Assembly (NCBI GenBank): GCA_023247255.1
Contig: JAHFGV010000006.1
Location: forward strand, 14,231-78,230
Source: Candidatus Omnitrophota bacterium
GTDB taxonomy: Bacteria; Omnitrophota; Gorgyraeia; Aquiviventales; Aquiviventaceae
Direction of reading: 5' to 3'
DNA: 64,000 nt
Below the pieces are notes generated by a model. It was not told the DNA's origin and did no database searches. It saw nothing but the letters and a program-made list of their open reading frames with translations. Below are positions 18,679 to 28,348 of this stretch, piece by piece. A program made the translations under genes and the position numbers. The first letter of the stretch is position 1; every line of letters begins with the position of its first letter.

Positions 18679-19977
18679 ATGGATATCAGCATCATTGGCT
18701 CTGGGCATGTCGGTCTTGTGAGCGGTGCTTGCTTCGCCGACTTAGGCAACCGGGTCGTTATGGTCGATAACGATTCCTCAAAGATCACCCGTTTGAAGCG
18801 AGGACAGGTCTGGTTTTATGAACCTGGCCTCAAGGAACTTGTGCGGCGTAGTCTTAAGGAACGTCGGCTGTCCTTTACCCATTCGATTGCGATGGCTGTA
18901 CGTCAATCCCAGGTAATCTTCATCTGTGTCGGGACCCCGCCGCTACCTAACGGAGAAGCGGACCTATCCAGCGTGGAGCATGTGTCCCGCGAGATCGCCC
19001 GCTCCATGAGCACTTACCGGTTGGTGGTGGAGAAAAGTACCGTGCCGGTTCAGACCGGGGAGTGGATCAAACGTACGCTGCAATCGTCGGTGCGCAAGAA
19101 CATTCCATTCGATGTGGCCTCAAATCCAGAGTTCCTTCGAGAAGGATCCGGGATTCAGGATTTTCTTCATCCGGATCGAATCGTCCTGGGTGTGGAGACT
19201 CAAAAAGCCAAGGAGTTGCTCCTGGCACTCTATGAACCTTTGAACGCGCCCATTATTGTTACTGATGTCAAAAGTGCCGAGCTGATCAAACACGCCTCCA
19301 ATTCCTTCCTGGCCTTGAAGATTTCGTTCATCAACGCGGTGGCCAGGATTTGCGAGCTTTCCGGTGCCGACGTCGTACAAGTGGCCGAGGGGATGGGAAT
19401 GGACAAGCGTATCGGCCGCTCGTTTCTCAATGCCGGGGTAGGCTACGGGGGTTCCTGTTTTCCGAAGGACGTAGCAGCCTTCATTCGTATCGCAGAGAAG
19501 CTGGGGTATGATTTTCAGTTGCTCAAAGCCGTCTCGCAGGTCAATACGGATCAACGGCACCATCTGGTCAAGCGGATTGCAAGCAGCCTCTGGAATTTGA
19601 AAGGAAAGACCATCGGTGTGCTGGGGCTTGCTTTTAAACCCGATACGGATGATCTGCGGGAGGCACCCTCCATTGAAGTGATTCGCCTGCTGCAGGAAGC
19701 GGGGGCTCGAGTCAAGGTTTTTGATCCCGAGGTGATGGCGCAGATGGATCGGTCTTTCCCAGGGGTGCTGGGTTGTCGGGATGTCTATGAAGTGGCTCGG
19801 GGTGCGGATTGTTTGGTTCTGCTGACCGAATGGAACGAATTCAAAGAATTGGATTTTAAGCGCGTCAAACGACTCATGCGTCAGCCTCTGGTCGTGGATG
19901 GGCGCAATCTTTATGAACCGCAACGATTGCGCAAACTCGGCTTCCATTATCTTGGGGTCGGAAGATCCGATAGCTAA
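18679..19977 (+). CDS. ugd: UDP-glucose 6-dehydrogenase
   Basis: MDISIIGSGHVGLVSGACFADLGNRV NAD fold, catalytic GGSCFPKD motif and the C-terminal UDP-binding domain. Confidence 0.8.
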   Translation: MDISIIGSGHVGLVSGACFADLGNRVVMVDNDSSKITRLKRGQVWFYEPGLKELVRRSLKERRLSFTHSIAMAVRQSQVIFICVGTPPLPNGEADLSSVEHVSREIARSMSTYRLVVEKSTVPVQTGEWIKRTLQSSVRKNIPFDVASNPEFLREGSGIQDFLHPDRIVLGVETQKAKELLLALYEPLNAPIIVTDVKSAELIKHASNSFLALKISFINAVARICELSGADVVQVAEGMGMDKRIGRSFLNAGVGYGGSCFPKDVAAFIRIAEKLGYDFQLLKAVSQVNTDQRHHLVKRIASSLWNLKGKTIGVLGLAFKPDTDDLREAPSIEVIRLLQEAGARVKVFDPEVMAQMDRSFPGVLGCRDVYEVARGADCLVLLTEWNEFKELDFKRVKRLMRQPLVVDGRNLYEPQRLRKLGFHYLGVGRSDS

Positions 19978-19996
19978 CCAGCGACCAGGGATCATA

Positions 19997-20458
19997 ATGA
20001 AGCTAATTCAGGGTGTCAAAACCAAGTCGTTGCAAGTGATTCCGGATGAGCGTGGCCGGCTCTTTGAGATCTTGCGACGGGATGAGCCTCTATTTTTAAA
20101 GTTCGGCCAGGTGTATTGCACCACGGTGGACTTCGCTGTCGTGAAGGCCTGGCATTATCACAAGCGGCAGGTGGATCACTTTGTCTGCGTGAGCGGGATG
20201 ATCAAGCTTGTGATCTATGACAGTCGCAAGGATTCGCCCACGCATGGCCGCATCAATGAATTTTTCATCGGCGTTCACAACCCGCTACTCGTTCAGATTC
20301 CTGCGCTAATCTATCATGGATTCAAGGGGCTCACCACACCTGAAGCGGTCGTGATCAACGTTCCCACCGAGCCTTATCAGCCCAAACAGCCGGATGAATA
20401 TCGGCTGGATCCGCATCAGAACGACATTCCCTATGATTGGAACCGCCGCGATGGGTGA
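19997..20458 (+). CDS. RmlC-like cupin (dTDP-4-dehydrorhamnose 3,5-epimerase family or sugar ketoisomerase)
   Basis: ~150-aa cupin with conserved His and Lys (AWHYHKRQVDHFVCVSGMIKLVIYD) as in RmlC/FdtA-like proteins; the start is trimmed to MKLIQG (the track ORF starts at 19898). Confidence 0.5.
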   Translation: MKLIQGVKTKSLQVIPDERGRLFEILRRDEPLFLKFGQVYCTTVDFAVVKAWHYHKRQVDHFVCVSGMIKLVIYDSRKDSPTHGRINEFFIGVHNPLLVQIPALIYHGFKGLTTPEAVVINVPTEPYQPKQPDEYRLDPHQNDIPYDWNRRDG

Positions 20459-20460
20459 AA

Positions 20461-20556
20461 CTTACATTTTGTGTCATGTTTCATGTGTTATGCAAAAGCG
20501 AGTAAAAGCGGATGGAAAGCTGTTTTGCTTTCCATAACACATAACACATAATACAA
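20461..20556 (+). repeat. Degenerate hairpin-core derivative of the MITE-like element
   Basis: GTGTCATGTTTCATGTGTTATG...GCTTTCCATAACACATAACACATAA resembles the internal hairpin of the 235-bp element but lacks the TIR ends. Confidence 0.45.
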
Positions 20557-20565
20557 TCAATCCAA

Positions 20566-21330
20566 ATGAAAGGAGTCATCCTAGCGGGGGGTCTGGGCAA
20601 GCGGCTGGGGGTGCTTACGCGCATCACAAACAAGCACCTGTTGCCCATCTATGATCGCCCCATGATTTACTATCCGCTTAAGACTCTGGTTGAGGCGGGA
20701 ATCTCCGAAATCCTGCTGGTAACCGGAGGCAACAATGCCGGGGATTTCTTGCGATTGTTAGGCAATGGCGAGGAGTTTGGCCTCAAACACCTCAACTACA
20801 CTTACCAGCGAGGGGAAGGCGGTATCGCAGAAGCCTTGAGCCTGACTGAGCATTTTGCGGCAGGGGATCAAATTACCGTGATGCTGGGGGATAACATCGT
20901 GGAGCAGAGCATCAAACGTTACGTGGATCACTTCGTCCAACAAGATAAAGGAGCTAAGATTTTGTTGAAAGCGGTCGAAGACCCCTGGCGTTTTGGCGTT
21001 GCCGAGTTGAACGGTCCTCATATCGTGGGGATTGAAGAAAAACCGAAGACGCCGAAATCGTCATACATCGTTACCGGCATTTACATGTATGATTCCCAGG
21101 TGTTCGATATTATTCGAACGCTGAAACCCTCAGGACGAGGCGAGATGGAGATAACGGATGTGAATAATGCCTACATTCGTCAGCGGCAGATGACTTACGA
21201 CACTCTGGAGGGTTGGTGGACCGATGCCGGGCTGCCAGAAACCCTCTATCGTGCCGCTACTTTAGTTAGAACACGTACCATGCAGCAGGGAGGAGTGTCT
21301 GTTCCAGAACCGCTCTGGTGTGAGCGCTGA
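20566..21330 (+). CDS. rmlA: Glucose-1-phosphate thymidylyltransferase (short-form sugar nucleotidyltransferase)
   Basis: MKGVILAGGLGKRLGVLTRITNKHLLPIYDRPMIYYPL: the nucleotidyltransferase G-x-G-x-R-L signature. Confidence 0.75.
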   Translation: MKGVILAGGLGKRLGVLTRITNKHLLPIYDRPMIYYPLKTLVEAGISEILLVTGGNNAGDFLRLLGNGEEFGLKHLNYTYQRGEGGIAEALSLTEHFAAGDQITVMLGDNIVEQSIKRYVDHFVQQDKGAKILLKAVEDPWRFGVAELNGPHIVGIEEKPKTPKSSYIVTGIYMYDSQVFDIIRTLKPSGRGEMEITDVNNAYIRQRQMTYDTLEGWWTDAGLPETLYRAATLVRTRTMQQGGVSVPEPLWCER

Positions 21331-21393
21331 GTGACGAATGGTCAAATTCCAACTGACGGTTGCGGTTGGCGTTTCCAGGCGGATGATCGGCGA

Positions 21394-21425
21394 TCAATCG
21401 ACAATTGACAATCGACAATCGAACA
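21394..21425. repeat. Short tandem heptamer array (AATCGAC/AATTGAC)x4
   Basis: CAATCGACAATTGACAATCGACAATCGAAC immediately upstream of the rmlB start. Confidence 0.5.
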
Positions 21426-21429
21426 TGCA

Positions 21430-22464
21430 ATGAAGCTTCTTGTGACGGGTGGTGCCGGATTCATTGGATCTCATTTCATCCGCTTTTGGCTGAGAAGGCA
21501 TCCATCGGATGAGGTCGTCAATGTTGACCAGCTCGGTTATGCCGGTTCCTTGGAGAGGCTCACCGATGTGGAGTCTCACTCGGGATACCGTTTTGTGCGT
21601 GGGGACATCTGCGATTCTGACGCTGTGCATACGCTGATGCAAGGAGTCGATGGTGTGATTCATTTCGCCGCCCAGACACATGTCGATCGCTCGATCACGG
21701 ATGCCAGTCCTTTCCTAAGAACTAATGTGGAGGGCACGGGGGTGTTGCTCCGCCAGGCGCACGCCCAAGCGGTGCGACGGTTCATTCATGTCAGTACCGA
21801 TGAGGTGTATGGTCCTGTGCTCGATGGAGCCGTTGACGAACGGGCCGCGCTATCGCCCCGTAGTCCTTATGCGGCGAGCAAAGCGGCAGGGGATATGCTC
21901 GCCCAGTCTTTCTTCCACACCTATGGGCTCGGAGTGATCGTCGTGCGTCCGACCAACATCTTTGGCCCCGGCCAACTACCGGAGAAATTGATTCCCCTGT
22001 GCTTGACGCATGCCTATGAAGGGCGCCCGATTCCTATCTATGGAGATGGCCTGCAACGGCGGGCGTGGCTGTTTGTCGATGATTTGTGTGATGCCCTCGA
22101 GCGAATAATGGAACAGGGTTCCGCCGGCTCCATCTACAATGTCGCCAGTCCCCAGGAGCGAACGAATCTGGAGACGGTCCGCCGAATTCTTCAGTTGGTT
22201 GACCGATCCACCGATTTGATTCAGTTCGTGATGGACCGCCCGGGTCATGATCGAAGATACGCCATGGATGATCGGGCCCTATGCTTGCTTGGGTGGCAGG
22301 CCAAGACGTCGTTTGAGGAAGGACTCTCAAGTACGGTGAAGTGGTATTGGCAACACGCCGAATGGTGGCGTCCAATTGTGCAGGCCCTCCGTGAGAATCC
22401 TTATCACTGGCTCAACAGGCCTTTTGGGTCAGGCTCTGTGCAAACGTCTGGCGCAGTCGTGTGA
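21430..22464 (+). CDS. rmlB: dTDP-glucose 4,6-dehydratase
   Basis: [16 protein letters not shown] Rossmann motif, catalytic YAASKA and the C-terminal ...WYWQHAEWW motif. The last ~30 codons overlap rmlD in another frame, so the exact end is uncertain. Confidence 0.85.
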   Translation: MKLLVTGGAGFIGSHFIRFWLRRHPSDEVVNVDQLGYAGSLERLTDVESHSGYRFVRGDICDSDAVHTLMQGVDGVIHFAAQTHVDRSITDASPFLRTNVEGTGVLLRQAHAQAVRRFIHVSTDEVYGPVLDGAVDERAALSPRSPYAASKAAGDMLAQSFFHTYGLGVIVVRPTNIFGPGQLPEKLIPLCLTHAYEGRPIPIYGDGLQRRAWLFVDDLCDALERIMEQGSAGSIYNVASPQERTNLETVRRILQLVDRSTDLIQFVMDRPGHDRRYAMDDRALCLLGWQAKTSFEEGLSSTVKWYWQHAEWWRPIVQALRENPYHWLNRPFGSGSVQTSGAVV

Positions 22465-23290
22465 CGTCACTGGACTTTCTCGCCGTGGCGTACTTTCAGA
22501 AAGGCCGGTGGGACGTCAGTTGCTTTGCGATTTGTCAGACGCCCGGCGCACAGTTTCTGTGATCCGAGAGTATTTACCTGACGTTGTCGTGCATGCGCAG
22601 GCCCTTTCGGATGTTGAACGCTGCGAACGGAATCCCCACCTGGCGCAGGCCATGAATGTGACGGCCTTGAGCCACGTAGTCCAGGCGTTAGAAGGCTTAC
22701 CGACTTTGCTGATTGCACTCAGCTCAGATTACGTATTCGATGGAAGCAAGCTTGCTCCGTATGAAGAGGCCGATGAGCCTCATCCGATCAGTGTGTATGG
22801 ACGAACCAAGTGGCAAGGTGAGCAGGTAACGCTGAGTCGTTCGCAATCCCTAATCGTGCGCACCAGCACCTTATTCGGTCTCGGCCGCGTGAATTTTTGT
22901 GACCATATCGTTACGCAGCTCGCAAATGGAAAGACCCTGGATGCTTTCGACGACCAGGTGACATCGCCGACCTACACCGAGGATCTGGCATCGGCGATCC
23001 AGGCGTTGATCGAGGTTTTGCCAACCTGCGAGCTTTCGGGCCTGTCATCACGGATCATCCATATCGCCAATGCCGGTGCTTGCCGTCGGCTGGATTTCGC
23101 GTACCAGATAGCCGATGAACTGGCATGTTCCCGAACACAGATCCGGGCAGTCTCCATGGTTCACAGCGGCCTCGTTGCCCAGCGGCCGCGTTACTCGGCT
23201 TTAGCCACAACGTATATCGCCCATTTAATTGGAAGGGGTCTCCGTCCATGGCAAGACGCGCTCAAGGAGTATCTCAGTCAACGTCATTAA
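22376..23290 (+). CDS. rmlD: dTDP-4-dehydrorhamnose reductase
   Basis: RILITGSTGLLGQAL..., ...LSSDYVFDG..., YGRTKWQGE: RmlD signatures. The start may be GTG at 22391. Confidence 0.75.
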   Translation: MCRPSVRILITGSTGLLGQALCKRLAQSCDVTGLSRRGVLSERPVGRQLLCDLSDARRTVSVIREYLPDVVVHAQALSDVERCERNPHLAQAMNVTALSHVVQALEGLPTLLIALSSDYVFDGSKLAPYEEADEPHPISVYGRTKWQGEQVTLSRSQSLIVRTSTLFGLGRVNFCDHIVTQLANGKTLDAFDDQVTSPTYTEDLASAIQALIEVLPTCELSGLSSRIIHIANAGACRRLDFAYQIADELACSRTQIRAVSMVHSGLVAQRPRYSALATTYIAHLIGRGLRPWQDALKEYLSQRH

Positions 23291-24594
23291 CCGAATTGAG
23301 CCAGCGCATCAAACAGCGAAAGGCTCACATTGGCCTCATCGGGTTAGGCTATGTCGGCCTGCCTTTGGCCGTTGAATTCGCCCGCGAGGGATTTCGTGTG
23401 ACCGGAATCGATCTGGATCAAAGCCGGGTGGAAGGGGTTCTTCACGCGCGGTCCTACATTCTGGATGTATCCAGTGAAGATCTCCGTCACCTGCGGCAAT
23501 CGGGCCGGTTGCAGGCAACTGCCTCCTTCGATGTGCTCCGAGGACAGGATGCCATCATCATCTGTGTGCCCACGCCGCTGCGCAAGACCCGTGAGCCGGA
23601 TATGTCTTATATCCTTTCCGCGACGGAACAAATTGCCCGACGGGTGCGCAAGGGACAGCTGATCGTTCTGGAGAGCACCACCTATCCGGGAACCACCGAG
23701 GAAGTCATTCTCCCCGCCCTTGAGGCGCAAGGGTTGAAGGTGGGCAGAGACTTCTGCCTGGCCTTTTCCCCGGAAAGGATCGATCCGGGCAACTCTGTTT
23801 ATACCACGCGCACGATTCCTAAGGTGATCGGAGGCATTACTCCCGCTTGCACGCGGCTGGCCCAAGAACTCTATGGCTCGGTGATTCACAAGACCGTTTG
23901 TGTCTCTTCAGCCAAGGTGGCGGAGATGGTCAAGCTGCTGGAGAATACCTTTCGGGCTGTGAACATCGGGTTGGTCAATGAGATTGCGTTGATCTGCAAT
24001 CGATTGGGCATCGACGCATGGGAAGTAATCGAAGCGGCAAAGACCAAGCCGTTCGGGTTCATGCCCTTTTATCCAGGGCCAGGCATCGGCGGACATTGCA
24101 TTCCATCAGATCCGATGTACCTCGCATGGAAAGTGCGGGTTCACGGGTTTGAAGCGCGATTCATTGAACTGGCGACTCAGATCAATGGCGCGATGCCGGA
24201 ATATGTCGTTGAGAAAGTGGTTTCCGTTCTGAATGATCGGAGAAAGCCGCTCAAGGGTTCCCAGGTGCTTCTTCTGGGCCTTGCGTATAAAAAGGATGTT
24301 AGCGACCTGCGGGATTCTCCGGCCTTTGACGTCGCCCGCCTGTTGGAGGAACGCGGAGCCTCAGTGGGCTATCACGATCCTTATGTCGAGTCGGTTCAAT
24401 TGAACGGAACCAAGCAGATCTCTCAACCATTGACAGAATCGGTGCTGCGACGATCCGACTGTGTGGTTTTGCTAACCAATCATTCGCAAGTGGATTACGG
24501 CTTTGTTTTAAAACACGCCCCTGTGATTGTGGATACGCGCAATCAGTATCGGCAACTGTCCCGATCCGCCACTGGGCGAGTCGTCAAGCTCTGA
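23248..24594 (+). CDS. UDP-N-acetyl-D-glucosamine/mannosamine 6-dehydrogenase (WbpA/TviB/WecC-like nucleotide-sugar dehydrogenase)
   Basis: IGLIGLGYVGLPLAVEFA NAD fold, catalytic Cys context GGHCIPSDP; the track ORF is trimmed to the Met after a GGAAGGGG RBS. Confidence 0.75.
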   Translation: MARRAQGVSQSTSLTELSQRIKQRKAHIGLIGLGYVGLPLAVEFAREGFRVTGIDLDQSRVEGVLHARSYILDVSSEDLRHLRQSGRLQATASFDVLRGQDAIIICVPTPLRKTREPDMSYILSATEQIARRVRKGQLIVLESTTYPGTTEEVILPALEAQGLKVGRDFCLAFSPERIDPGNSVYTTRTIPKVIGGITPACTRLAQELYGSVIHKTVCVSSAKVAEMVKLLENTFRAVNIGLVNEIALICNRLGIDAWEVIEAAKTKPFGFMPFYPGPGIGGHCIPSDPMYLAWKVRVHGFEARFIELATQINGAMPEYVVEKVVSVLNDRRKPLKGSQVLLLGLAYKKDVSDLRDSPAFDVARLLEERGASVGYHDPYVESVQLNGTKQISQPLTESVLRRSDCVVLLTNHSQVDYGFVLKHAPVIVDTRNQYRQLSRSATGRVVKL

Positions 24595-24640
24595 TGATGC
24601 AAAAAAATCGCTGCGCTTTTTCTGCCTGTTTTGCGGACAT

Positions 24641-24937
24641 ATGCTGGTGGACAGAACCGCCAGTGCCGGTGCGACTGATTTCACCAAGACCAGCCTTCTA
24701 CGGACTCGACGAGCCTCTCGCAGTGGCACCCCCACGGGGCTAGGGGTATCCAGTGGGAAGGGCACGAGTAAGGATTTTTTCTGTGACGGCTGTGACGCTT
24801 GTTTTGTGGCGCAACGCGATCCAGAAGGCTGTGTGATCGGCCTGCAGGTAATCCATTGTGGTACCCCAGGCTGTTGTCAGTCATTACCTAGAGCTGGAGG
24901 CTGTATGGAAAAACACTCTCGTGCTTTGTCGGGGTAG
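24641..24937 (+). CDS. Possible small Cys-rich protein (98 aa; C-terminal CDGCDAC...C...CC...C)
   Basis: Only ORF in a 345-bp gap; 10 Cys residues. Could be non-coding leader sequence instead. Confidence 0.2.
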   Translation: MLVDRTASAGATDFTKTSLLRTRRASRSGTPTGLGVSSGKGTSKDFFCDGCDACFVAQRDPEGCVIGLQVIHCGTPGCCQSLPRAGGCMEKHSRALSG

Positions 24938-24940
24938 ACG

Positions 24941-25870
24941 ATGACGCGCTATCTGGTTACGGGTGGAGCAGGATTCATAGGCTCACATATTGTGGATCGG
25001 CTGGTGGCTCAAAACCATCAGGTCCGCGTTTTGGATGATCTGTCTTGCGGACGACTCGAAAACTTAGACTCTGTCCGCGACCGAATCGAGTGGATGAAAG
25101 CGGATATCTGTGATCGTCAGGCTGTCGCTTGTGCGGTTGAGGGAAGCCAGCGCGTCATCCATGCAGCCGCCTGGAGAAGTGTTCCGAAATCGATGGCCGA
25201 TGCCTGGGGATATACACAGGTCAATGTCTTGGGAACGGTCAACCTGCTTGAGGCCGCCTCCAAGGCCAAGGTCGAACGCTTTGTCTGTGTTTCCTCAAGC
25301 TCCGTCTATGGCTTGAGTGACCAAATTCCCATGCGTGAAGAGCAGCCGGCACTACCCATTTCCCCTTACGCGGCATCCAAACTTGCCGATGAGTTGTTCT
25401 GTGGGCTGTTTGCCAGGAGCTTCAACCTACAGACAACAGCGGTGCGCTATTTCAATGTCTTCGGCCCTCGTCAGAGTCTGGACAACGACTACGCGGTTGT
25501 GATTCCTAAATTCATCAGTTGTCTGCTGAAAGGCCAATCCCCTCCGATTTACGGCGATGGCCGGCAATCCAGGGATTTTACCTACGTGGATAACGTCGCT
25601 GAAGGAACGATTCTAGCTTCTCAGGTTCCAGGAGTCAGTGGGGAGGTTTTCAATCTCGCTTTGGGTGAGGAGCATACGGTGTTGGAACTGCTGGAAGAAC
25701 TCAACAAGATAATGGGATTGAAAATCGCTCCCCTGTTTAAACCTGCCCGAGCCGGGGATGTTTTGCGAACATTAGCGGACTCCTCCAAGGCCAAACACCT
25801 GCTGGGATGGAAAGCCTGCGTGTCTTTTTCCGAAGGACTGCGTCGAACCGTCGATTGGTTTCGTCTTTAA
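24941..25870 (+). CDS. NAD-dependent UDP-HexNAc(A) C4-epimerase (WbpP/TviC-like SDR)
   Basis: [16 protein letters not shown], catalytic YAASK, ...VRYFNVFGPRQ...AVIPKF...YGDGRQSRDFTYVDNV, closely matching the WbpP/TviC subgroup. Confidence 0.7.
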   Translation: MTRYLVTGGAGFIGSHIVDRLVAQNHQVRVLDDLSCGRLENLDSVRDRIEWMKADICDRQAVACAVEGSQRVIHAAAWRSVPKSMADAWGYTQVNVLGTVNLLEAASKAKVERFVCVSSSSVYGLSDQIPMREEQPALPISPYAASKLADELFCGLFARSFNLQTTAVRYFNVFGPRQSLDNDYAVVIPKFISCLLKGQSPPIYGDGRQSRDFTYVDNVAEGTILASQVPGVSGEVFNLALGEEHTVLELLEELNKIMGLKIAPLFKPARAGDVLRTLADSSKAKHLLGWKACVSFSEGLRRTVDWFRL

Positions 25871-25893
25871 CAAACAGCACATAGCACTTAGTA

Positions 25894-26157
25894 CTGGGCT
25901 TTTGCAAAAATAGCCAACGCGTCGACCGAGTATTGTGTCCTATTCCAAGAGAAGCAATGAGGATTGTGTCATGTTCCTAAGATCCAGTACTCACGTCTGT
26001 GTCATGTTTCATGTATCATGAAAAAGCAGAAAATAAACAGGTACCTCAAGCACGGCCAAAGTACGCCTTTTGCTTTCCATGACTCATGACACATGAAACA
26101 TGAAACAGTCCTTCATGACACCTGACACATGACTCATGAAACAGACGTAAGTACTGG
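25894..26157 (+). mobile_element. MITE-like element, variant copy with internal ~27-bp insertion and truncated or rearranged 3' end
   Basis: 5' end CTGGGCTTTTGCAAAAATAGCCAACGCGTCGACC; internal TCCTAAGATCCAGTACTCACGTCTGT insertion shared with the copy at 63502; the 3' TIR is not recognisable. Confidence 0.7.
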
Positions 26158-26254
26158 AGCTTAGGATCATGATTTACTTTCTTCTTGGCACTGGTCGTTT
26201 TCCCTTATCTCTCCCCCCACACCCCGCGCCCCTTATTGGTACTGCTCACTAACA

Positions 26255-27373
26255 ATGTCTGTTCCATTCATTGACCTTAAAGCGCAATACAAGACTATCA
26301 AGCGGGAAGTGTCTGAGGCGATCCAGCGTGTCCTTGATAGTGGCCAGTTCATCCTTGGGCCGGAGGTGGAGTCCCTGGAGCAGGAGATCGCCGGCTATTG
26401 CCAGACAAAATTTGCGGTTGCCGTCGCTTCAGGGACGGATGCTTTGGAACTTTCCTTGCGCTCTTGTGGTGTGGGGCCAGGGGATGAGGTCATCACCCCG
26501 GCGTACGGTTTTATCGCAGCCGCAGAAGCCATCGTAACGGTTGGGGCAGTGCCTGTGTTCGTGGACATTGAGTCTGCTACGTATACCTTGGATGTTTCTG
26601 CGATCGAGTCTAAGATCAGCACACGGACGAAAGCCATTCTCCCCGTGCATCTCTACGGACATCCTTGTGCGATGGATCCTATCCTGGCGGTTGCCCAGAG
26701 GCATTCGTTGAGGATCATTGAGGATTGTGCCCAGGCGATTGGAGCCATGACCGGTGGCCGCAAGGTTGGAGGGATCGGTCACATCGGATGCTTAAGTTTC
26801 TATCCCACGAAAAATCTGGGCGGCTATGGCGATGGCGGAATGGTGGTGACCAATGATGCCGACATCGCCGATCAGATCCGTTTGCTTCGCGGTCATGGCA
26901 GCCGAGAGCGCTACCAGCACCGGATGATCGGTCGAAACAGCCGCTTGGATGAGCTTCAGGCAGCGATTCTTAGGGTGAAACTACGGCATCTTGACTCATG
27001 GAACGAAGCCCGCCGTAACCGAGCGCTTCGCTATACCCAACAGTTTTCCAAGAGGCCTATCCCTGGACTGATCCTACCTCAGGAGCTGAGCGGATGCCGT
27101 CATGTGTATCATTTGTATACCTTACGCACACCTCAACGAGAAGCCATCCAGCAGAGATTAGCTGGCTTGGGTGTGGAAACTCAGGTTGCCTATCCCCAAC
27201 CTTTAACCGCACAGCCCGCGCTTTCCCCTTGGATTCCCAAAAATTGTCACTGGCCTAGCTCTGAGGCAATCTGCCGGGAGGTTTTATCAGTCCCTATCTA
27301 TCCTGAACTGACTGCCGAACAAGTAGACTGGGTCGTGGAAACCTTCTTTCAAGCGCTGGATAAAGCTGGGTAA
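26255..27373 (+). CDS. DegT/DnrJ/EryC1/StrS-family PLP-dependent sugar aminotransferase
   Basis: MSVPFIDLKAQY...ILGPEVESLEQEIA... and the SFYPTKNLG PLP-Lys region. Confidence 0.8.
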   Translation: MSVPFIDLKAQYKTIKREVSEAIQRVLDSGQFILGPEVESLEQEIAGYCQTKFAVAVASGTDALELSLRSCGVGPGDEVITPAYGFIAAAEAIVTVGAVPVFVDIESATYTLDVSAIESKISTRTKAILPVHLYGHPCAMDPILAVAQRHSLRIIEDCAQAIGAMTGGRKVGGIGHIGCLSFYPTKNLGGYGDGGMVVTNDADIADQIRLLRGHGSRERYQHRMIGRNSRLDELQAAILRVKLRHLDSWNEARRNRALRYTQQFSKRPIPGLILPQELSGCRHVYHLYTLRTPQREAIQQRLAGLGVETQVAYPQPLTAQPALSPWIPKNCHWPSSEAICREVLSVPIYPELTAEQVDWVVETFFQALDKAG

Positions 27374-27403
27374 AACCGCCGCTTGACGGACTACTGGAAA
27401 AAT

Positions 27404-28348
27404 ATGCAGATTCTAATTACAGGGGGAGCTGGATTTATAGGATCGCACTTGTGCGATCGGTTTATTGCGGATAAGCACAAGGTGATCTGCGTGGACAATT
27501 TCATCACCGGTGTTGAAGCCAACATCGCTCATCTCATTGGACGTCCTGCCTTCCGTCTTATTCGCCACGACATTACAAAACCTCTCGAGATTTCCGATTC
27601 TCTCGACTATGTGCTGCACTTTGCTTCTCCCGCAAGTCCCATCGATTATCTGAAATACCCCATTCAAACGCTTAAGGTAGGATCCCTGGGAACCCTAAAC
27701 GCTTTAGGCATTGCCAAAGCGAAAAGAGCGAAGTTTCTCCTGGCCTCAACATCCGAAGTCTACGGTGATCCTCAAGTTCATCCTCAGCCAGAGACCTACT
27801 GGGGCCATGTGAATCCGGTTGGACCTCGAGGAGTTTACGATGAAGCCAAGCGGTGTTCTGAGGCTTTCACCATGGCCTATCATCGGGAACACGGGCTGGA
27901 TAGTCGCATCGTCAGAATCTTCAACACCTATGGTCCCCGGATGCGAATGAACGATGGTCGTGCCATTCCCGCATTCATCACGCAGGCGCTGGAGGCAAAG
28001 CCCTTGACCGTTTTTGGAGATGGTTCTCAGACCCGAAGTTTCTGTTATATCGATGATCTCATTGAGGGTATCGTCAGGCTAATGGCCGCCGATTTCAATG
28101 ATCCTGTCAATCTGGGCAATGCCGAGGAATGGACGATTGCCCAACTGGCCCAGGCCGTTTTAAAACTCATCCAGGGCTCGGCAGATGCCTTGAAATTCCA
28201 GCCTCTTCCGATCGACGACCCCAGACAACGCAGGCCTGATTTGGCTCAGGCAAAGAGCTTGCTGAAATGGGAGCCCAAGGTTAGCCTCAAGGAAGGGCTG
28301 ACGAGCACCGTCGGGTGGTTTCGGCAACAACTGCCGATTGCTCGATGA
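27404..28348 (+). CDS. uxs: UDP-glucuronate decarboxylase (UDP-xylose synthase)
   Basis: [60 protein letters not shown]: near-canonical UXS motifs. Confidence 0.8.
   Translation: MQILITGGAGFIGSHLCDRFIADKHKVICVDNFITGVEANIAHLIGRPAFRLIRHDITKPLEISDSLDYVLHFASPASPIDYLKYPIQTLKVGSLGTLNALGIAKAKRAKFLLASTSEVYGDPQVHPQPETYWGHVNPVGPRGVYDEAKRCSEAFTMAYHREHGLDSRIVRIFNTYGPRMRMNDGRAIPAFITQALEAKPLTVFGDGSQTRSFCYIDDLIEGIVRLMAADFNDPVNLGNAEEWTIAQLAQAVLKLIQGSADALKFQPLPIDDPRQRRPDLAQAKSLLKWEPKVSLKEGLTSTVGWFRQQLPIAR

Noticed and set aside
19120-19995. 291-aa minus-strand ORF antisense to ugd
   Set aside because: The + strand frame carries unmistakable UDP-glucose dehydrogenase motifs across the same span; the antisense ORF has skewed composition and no motif.
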